DNA of 64,000 bases, from the NCBI GenBank assembly GCA_950097015.1, contig CATNEN010000034.1, positions 6,944,001-7,008,000 on the forward strand, given 5' to 3'. Position numbers and translations under genes: made by a program. Source of the stretch: Macrostomum hystrix. Taxonomy: Eukaryota > Animalia > Platyhelminthes. The notes below the pieces were generated by a model. It was given only the letters and a program-made list of their open reading frames with translations, was not told the origin of the DNA and searched no databases. Positions 57,433-64,000 of the stretch are shown here, one piece after another (position 1 is the stretch's first letter; each line of letters begins with the position of its first letter).

Positions 57433-57720
57433 ATGTACAAGCTGATCTGCCTGTTCGCTCTCGTGGCCTTCGCTGCCGCCTCTTACACCCCTGAGCAGAG
57501 GAATGAGGTCGTGAACGACATCATCCACGAGATGGTTCCCGTGCTCAGCATCGACACCAACTGCCTGCTGCAGAACGGCGTCAGCTCCATCACCTGCCTG
57601 GTCAGCAACCTGATCACCTGCTTCTTCTCCCACGGCACCAACATCAGCGGACTGGCCGGCTGCCTGGCCAGCAAGTGCGGCGGCAGCGCCATCCAGATCA
57701 TCGGCTGCATCAAGCTGTAA
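57433..57720 (+). CDS. Orphan small secreted six-cysteine protein, 95 aa, single exon
   Basis: ATG in good context (gcagccATG); signal peptide MYKLICLFALVAFAAA; strong C/G-ending codon bias; 6 Cys in the mature part; AATAAA at 57790. Confidence 0.85.
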   Translation: MYKLICLFALVAFAAASYTPEQRNEVVNDIIHEMVPVLSIDTNCLLQNGVSSITCLVSNLITCFFSHGTNISGLAGCLASKCGGSAIQIIGCIKL

Positions 57721-58613
57721 ATTTCCTACTGGCAGAGCTTCCTACTGACACATCAGAACACATTTTCTGATGTGTTCAAACCGAAACGAAATAAAAAAGT
57801 GACACTATTTGCATGCTGCATTGGTCTTGAATATTTTATTTCGAATGGACTATCGTCATTAGGCAATGAAGGTCACGAGTTCGAACTTCGAACTTCTCAA
57901 ATGCTCCTCAATGTGCACATGTGTGCACAAAACTAGACCGAAGAACTCAAAGCCTGCTTGTTGGCAAACGAGAAAGTAGAAAGTAGAAAGACTCCTGATT
58001 GAAAAAACTTCGTGCATCAGCGATTCTAGATTACAGCCATTCTACAGGTCTCATGAATGTTTGTTGATTCTGTTGCCAACCAGAATGACTGACAGGGCCT
58101 AAAAATATCAGCCCGGGGGCAATAAAAAACTGCTTTTATTAACGAGACTTTGTTCCACACACACCTGAGAGCGATAATGGACTTCCATTTGCCGTTGGGC
58201 CATCAAGGTTCAGGCATGGTTTCATTCAGGGAGCTAAATTTCGCTTTCCATCGCTCAGAAAATTTCCCAATGCCAAAAATAACACCCCTATTACGAAGTT
58301 TTTCTTTATTAGCAACATTCCGAGCCAGCTATTGTCCCACAATAAAAAATTCTCTCAACCGCAAGGATGAGCCAAGCCACGCAGAGACAACAGGAAACCG
58401 AGCCTAGGTCCTCCGCTAATAGGCCTGCCATGATGGGAGGCGGTCTGCTCAGGCTAGGAGGTATATTGGTAAACAAAAGCGGAAATATTCACTTCTCTCC
58501 TAGTCAGTTGATACTTTCCACATCGCATCCAGCAGCTTATTCTGTGTTTTTAAGGTGGGCAATAGACGCCAGCATATCTGAACATTAGAATATTTGAACT
58601 TCTAGGGTGAGAA

Positions 58614-59059
58614 ATGATTTCGCTAGGAGCCAAAGGCTGGCTGCCGCTGACAGCAATCCTGCTCGCAGGCCTCCTGGCTGAGCAGCTGGCAGCCAAGCCG
58701 ATGAGTGAAGTCAGCGCAGCTCACTTGGAAGAAGCGGAGGAAAGGCAGGCTGATTCGCAGCACCAGCAGCTGCAGCAGCAACAGCAAAACCTGCCGGAGA
58801 AGGAGACGTTCATGGAGAAAGCTGCAAACAAACGAAATCGCGACGGTCTGGACGAGCAGAAGGCCCGCCTGATGTCCAGCCTGCTTAACAGCCTTCGGTG
58901 GGCTGGGCACATGAGGTGAGCTGTTTTAAGGAAATTAACTTGCATGGCTTTCTTAAAAAACTAGCTAATTACTAATTTTGACCGAAATCTCGAATATCTT
59001 TATGGTTCGTTAAAAGAGAATGCTTTGCTCCATTTGATTTTTTCAGATTCGGTCGCTGA
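58614..59059 (+). CDS. Prepro-RFamide neuropeptide, 104 aa. Exons 58614-58915 and 59047-59059; predicted NRDGLDEQKARLMSSLLNSLRWAGHMRF-amide
   Basis: Signal peptide MISLGAKGWLPLTAILLAGLLAEQLAA; acidic Gln-rich spacer; KR site. Donor AG|gtgag at 58915 and acceptor tttcag|A at 59047 give R-F-G-R-stop (amidation signal). AATAAA at 59150. Confidence 0.88.
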
Positions 59060-59453
59060 AGAACCCGGCAGTTACCGGCTCAGGCTGAGCAGTTGGGCAA
59101 CTTCTGAACTTGTTTTTTAAGCCTCAGTAATCATGAATACGCCCAGTAGAATAAAACTGCAGCGAAATTGCTGTGTCTGTGAGCTTTAGATATTGTGCAA
59201 CTCAATGGCAGCTCCTTTTCTCCGTATTTTTGAAAACAAAAATCTTTTCAGTGAAGACTGAAGGTTGCTGAAGTATATTCTAGTTTACGCATGCTAATCT
59301 GAATGCTAAGCTGAAGTTTACATTTTGACGATTAAAAATCCAAATGGATTAAAAAAAGAATAGTTTCGTTTTCGTGTCTTTGAAACGACACTTAAAAGTT
59401 AAAGCAATTTTCGGGCAGCAGATGGTCTTCGGTGAGCAAATTTGTTGACATGT

Positions 59454-62027
59454 TCAAAGCAAGACGCAAGACTTCAGCTTCTCCTGGAGATCCTCATCAG
59501 CGACGGCCACCTCCGTTCTGTCCGCGCTGGTCTCAGTGATGGTCTCATCTCTGTCGCCTCCTTGTTGGCTTGACTCGCTTCTGGCTTGAGCGGCCTGCAT
59601 GAGCCGGATGTCCTCCTGGGTGACGGCGGCCCCCGCCAGGGCGGCGTTCTGCCGCTGCTCCTCGGCCAGCGCAGTCCAGAATGTGGAGGCGGGCGGGAAG
59701 CCGATGAAGCCGTACACCCGCTGGTGGCCCTTGAAAGCGTAGCTGTGTTGCAGGCTGAGGTTCACGGTGCAGCTGAGGTCCTCCTTGCCATCCAGGCGCC
59801 TCTGCCGGGTGTTGACGTGCTTCCTCACGTACGAGTTCATCGCGTGCAGCAGCCTGTCCAGGAACTTGATGTCTGTCTGCGGTGATCGCGAGTCCGAGGC
59901 GTGCGCCGGATGCTGCACTGAGCCGAAGCCCAGCAACGGCTGCTCCTGATGCGGGATGAGCACAAAGTCCTCGAAGATGTCGAAGTCTCCCCTCTGCTGG
60001 CGAGCTGGCTTCCGACCAGGAGAGGCGAGCTCCGGCGGCGGGTTCCGGCGGGTCACCAGCAGCTCCGGCATCTGGACCAGCTGCAGCTTCCGCCTGACGT
60101 TCTTCTCATACAGGTTGGACGCCAGGCGCGGGTCCTTGTCGCTGGGGCTGGAGCTCTCCTTGGAGTAGGTCCAGAACTCGGTCACGTAGCTCTTGTCTGG
60201 CCAGTTGGGGATCGCGCAGCTGTTTTTCTTCTGGCGCTCACCGGGTTTGACTGGCGGATTGCAGACCTCGAAGATCTCCAGGTATCTGGCAGGATCAGGC
60301 ACGATGATGTACGCGAAGAATGCCGGGAATGCATTGGTTCGGTACTTGCCGTAGGGCATCTGCAGCGTGCAGTGGTTGAGGTTGTAGCTCAGCACGATGT
60401 CTGTTGCCGCCTTGACAAGGTCTTTGCGCTCTGTTGCGTCCAGACAGTCGTAGAGCTGCTTATGGAACTTGTAGTGCAGCAGGAACCTGGGCAGGCAGTG
60501 CACCATATCGAATCGCACCGTGAAGCTGTCGTTTTTTCTGTGTGCGAACAAAAGGTCGTAGTACCTAGCAGGTCTGTCCATTGGGCTACTGGTACTACTT
60601 CCATCTTTCCTCTCACAGCATTCGCATGGATATCGTTCTTCACTTCCGTCCACAGTGTCTTGACGGAGCTCTTCTCGAAACCTATCTCGCGCTGCTTGCT
60701 CTTCTGGGCTAAGCGCGTCGGAAGTTGGGGGTGCCACCAGGCCACACAGACTGAGCAGCTGGGCTTTGCGCGCCTTCTCCTGCTCCGATTGCCTCTGAAC
60801 CTCCGTGGGATTTTCGAGCGACTCCTTTTTGATCGGCCTAATAAATCTATCAATACGCAGGTTGAAATCGACCGTATCAGATCCCACCTTTGACTGGTGC
60901 GTATTACCGGTAGTCTTTAGCGCCTCGCCATTTTCATTTATGCCTGAGTTGCTTTCGTCGTCTTCTCGAATGACCATGCCGTCAGGCCGGTCCAGTCCAG
61001 CACCTCCGGTACGTCCAGCGAGACTGCGCCAGTCGTCAGCAACGCTAGGCCCAACGCTTTTGGATTTCCTCTTGACCAACCAGGCGAATTCGTAGTCGTC
61101 AACGCTTTCACCTGTCGCATGTGGATGCTTGGACCTCTGCTTGTGCTGAAGGTTGCGATCTTGCAGCTGCAGCTGCTCATGCCTAGCGAGGCGGAACAGT
61201 TGCTGACTTGGCAGTAATCCGGAGTCGTGATCCTCTCTGGCCTGAACGCATGGATCCATCGGTAATTCAACGTTGCCTTGTTCGTCTGTCACCTGCCCCA
61301 CACGGTCCTCGTGAAAGAAGTTCTTTACGTGCTTTTTTAGCGACCCGAGTACGTTCGTTTTCTTTTTCTGTTCATTCTTGGTTATCTGGATGCTTTGCGA
61401 GAGGATCCTAGAGAAGTCGATCGTCTGCACGCGCTCGGTAGTTGGGGCGAAAATGTCTTCATCTGCTACTGAGGTATCACTTTGTTCTGTCGCAGAGGCG
61501 CTCGACATCTCGTCTGCTTTCGAGATTGAGAAATCTTCAGAAACTTTCTCGCCCTTTCTTTCACCATCCTTCGACAAAGATTGTGATGAGCCGGTTTGTT
61601 TGACCAACTCCGATGGCCCTAGAACTGAAGCTCGGGCTGCATTGGACTGCGAGCTTCGAATGCTCGCTGCGCTGGGTGTGCGAGATTCGATGCGAGTAGC
61701 TTGCGACACTGTTGAAGTGGGGTGCGATTCGGCACTTCCAAAACTGCGCCGCGAATGTGCCTTACTTCCTGGAACCTTTAAGTACAAATCGCTTCTGCTT
61801 ACAGCCAACGATTCAACCTTTTTTGTTAAATCACTTTGGCTTGGAAGCTGGGTAATTGACGCTGTTCCGACATTGCCTGGCGGCCGCAAGCTCTGCGTTC
61901 CGCTGGTTGACCGCTGGCCAAGCAGTCCGATGGCCGATGCCGCCCTATGCTGAAGGCGCGGCCCAGTTGGCGAGGTCCTGATGCCAATGGACGACGCTGA
62001 GCATTTGTTAATCTCTGGAGAGAGCAT
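59454..62027 (-). CDS. Uncharacterised 857-aa single-exon protein: Ser/Thr-rich disordered N-half and globular C-terminal about 300 aa (possibly tandem HIT-like)
   Basis: 2574-nt uninterrupted, non-repetitive ORF starting at ATG; strong C/G third-position bias in the 3' half; no family recognised with confidence. Confidence 0.8.
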   Translation of the reverse strand: MLSPEINKCSASSIGIRTSPTGPRLQHRAASAIGLLGQRSTSGTQSLRPPGNVGTASITQLPSQSDLTKKVESLAVSRSDLYLKVPGSKAHSRRSFGSAESHPTSTVSQATRIESRTPSAASIRSSQSNAARASVLGPSELVKQTGSSQSLSKDGERKGEKVSEDFSISKADEMSSASATEQSDTSVADEDIFAPTTERVQTIDFSRILSQSIQITKNEQKKKTNVLGSLKKHVKNFFHEDRVGQVTDEQGNVELPMDPCVQAREDHDSGLLPSQQLFRLARHEQLQLQDRNLQHKQRSKHPHATGESVDDYEFAWLVKRKSKSVGPSVADDWRSLAGRTGGAGLDRPDGMVIREDDESNSGINENGEALKTTGNTHQSKVGSDTVDFNLRIDRFIRPIKKESLENPTEVQRQSEQEKARKAQLLSLCGLVAPPTSDALSPEEQAARDRFREELRQDTVDGSEERYPCECCERKDGSSTSSPMDRPARYYDLLFAHRKNDSFTVRFDMVHCLPRFLLHYKFHKQLYDCLDATERKDLVKAATDIVLSYNLNHCTLQMPYGKYRTNAFPAFFAYIIVPDPARYLEIFEVCNPPVKPGERQKKNSCAIPNWPDKSYVTEFWTYSKESSSPSDKDPRLASNLYEKNVRRKLQLVQMPELLVTRRNPPPELASPGRKPARQQRGDFDIFEDFVLIPHQEQPLLGFGSVQHPAHASDSRSPQTDIKFLDRLLHAMNSYVRKHVNTRQRRLDGKEDLSCTVNLSLQHSYAFKGHQRVYGFIGFPPASTFWTALAEEQRQNAALAGAAVTQEDIRLMQAAQARSESSQQGGDRDETITETSADRTEVAVADEDLQEKLKSCVLL

Positions 62028-64000
62028 TGCGAGTAAAGCTTACATAGGCAAAGGGACTGAATGCGCCAAGCCCTGAGCTTGAATACTTCTCAAACTGGTT
62101 AACTGCAGGACCTTTTATTTCATGCTAGGCTGTGCGAAGCAGAAGCAATTGTGCTAGGCGTGTTTAAGATGCACATCAACCTGAATAAACTGGTGGCTGT
62201 ATACTAGCATGAGAGCACGATATATGTATAGTAAAGGCTCTATTGTGCTACGAGCTTTAAATAGTGTCGAAGTCTTTGCCTAAGCTTTAGATGATGTAGA
62301 TTTTGCTCTGCTTAAATTAACAGTTCACTGCTAGCAGAATTCGGCGAGTCTATACGTATAGAGGTGACGTATTAATACCAGGTATATACTATACTCGTAT
62401 GCGAGTGCACTCAAAATTGTCTTCGAGACCCTTTTTTAGGTCTGTAATATAGAGACTTGAATTGGAGTGAAATCAACTATTATTAAGTAAAATTTGTTTA
62501 AATTTGGATTTTTCCACAGATATAAAATGGGTACCAGCATTAGCTGGGGTAAGAAGTTGAGTGGGCTGTATATCTGGCCCAACTGAGTCAGGTACCAATT
62601 TCCTTTCCATCTATGTAGACATTCTGCTCTAGCCAGTAGTCAACTAGTGAAGAATTTATCCCTTTTGTTTATAACAGACACGCTTTTGTTTAAATAATAA
62701 CTTGAGTGTCATTTGTTCAACGAAAAGAGTTCGAAAAGTTTTGTGCAGAAGCATGTACTGTGTATGTGTTGTTGCGTACTAAAAACTCAAGTTGCCTAAT
62801 TCATAGACAAAATCGGAATATTGCTGGTGCAGTGGAACACCACCATGCATGTAGATGAATGCAATGCGTGTCGGAACGCGAAATTAATCTCATTTGCACT
62901 GAAATTATTTCTCCTTACATTTCAGCATTTTACAATGGGACTGCATGATTATCTACAGTTTTGAAAATGATATAGTTTTAGAAAATTGATTAGAATTAAC
63001 GTAATAAGTTAACGTAATCGTTGTGTTTTTTACTATACTTTTTAATTATCGATCTGTCAATTTTCTTACGACTTTTGAACCAATCTATAAATTAACAAAA
63101 CAAATTTCAAAGTTGATCCGCAACATTTGCAGAGTAATTACTATAAACATAATTATTGCTATTAGAACCTGTCTTGCTGCTGCTCCTGCTTGACCGAGCT
63201 AGTATAGCAGTCATTTGTACAAGCTTCTTTAATTCTTTCACTCCAATTTTAATTGCCAAAAGTAAACACATAATAATACAGATTTTTAGATAAGTCTCGA
63301 AATTTTGCTGATTTCAGCAATAGAGCAATACGCGTCCTGCCTTTTGGCACGAGTTGACATTATTCCGGACTTAAACCGTACTTTAAAAGAACAAAGCATA
63401 CTTTTTCAATTCGAGGTTTTAGCACTGCAGTAGTAGCCATGTAAATGAAAGCGTTAATAATTAATAAAAATCAGATAAAATTTGGAACATATTTTAAATA
63501 TGACTTCTTCTGTTACTATGGTCAAGTACAAACAAAAACTCATTTTAAGATGCTGGATTGCTTAATTTTTAACTTTGGAAGAGCATTGAGGGTTCAATAC
63601 AGGCCACATATTAAACTCTTTGTACACGCTCATAATATGTTCTTTTCTCGCTTTCCTTTCCTTAAAAAACTTACATAATTTAAGAGTTTGGTGCCTTTTA
63701 GACTTCAGCCATTGTCATTGAAGAGCGATCTATTCTCTTTCATTTGATCTTGAACTAGTGAATGCAAACTATATTGAGTCTATATTTAACCCTAACTAAC
63801 GAATTTATTTGCAAGTAGTTATTATACTTTATAACTCAGAAGGAGAAATATACAGAAGAAATTTTACATCAGTCTATTTGCGATTATTTTAACTATTCTA
63901 ATCTTGATCATTGGCTTTGTCAAGTTGAAACATAAGCAACAATTTACTTTATTTATAATTATATTTAGAATATATTTGTTCTTTTATAGCTTTTATAGCT

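Noticed and set aside
58830-59059. Naming the GHMRF-amide peptide a sulfakinin/CCK orthologue
   Set aside because: It lacks the acidic DY sulfation motif, is single-copy, and its intron position is NPY/NPF-like; left unassigned.

Overview
Eukaryotic (metazoan) genomic DNA. GC-rich Gln/Ala-rich exons, introns packed with private minisatellites and the gene content suggest a free-living flatworm such as Macrostomum (inference, not shown by the sequence). No CRISPR, rRNA or intact tRNA was found. In order: the last exon of ZNF622/Rei1 (+); 5-aminolevulinate synthase ALAS (+); a decayed P-element/THAP9-type transposase carrying a nested tRNA-derived SINE, inside interleaved local duplications; a 2-exon prepro-neuropeptide encoding 31 WSSGF-amide-type peptides (+); X11/Mint/LIN-10 (APBA; -); a 5-exon D2-like dopamine receptor spanning about 20.6 kb (-); an orphan 95-aa secreted six-Cys protein (+); a 2-exon prepro-RFamide ending in GHMRF-amide with an NPY/NPF-type intron (+); and an 857-aa single-exon orphan ORF with a possible tandem, catalytically dead HIT-like C-terminus (-). 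The two prohormones appear only after manual splicing and are the most novel items. Exon boundaries were read by eye and family assignments come from remembered motifs; no searches were run.
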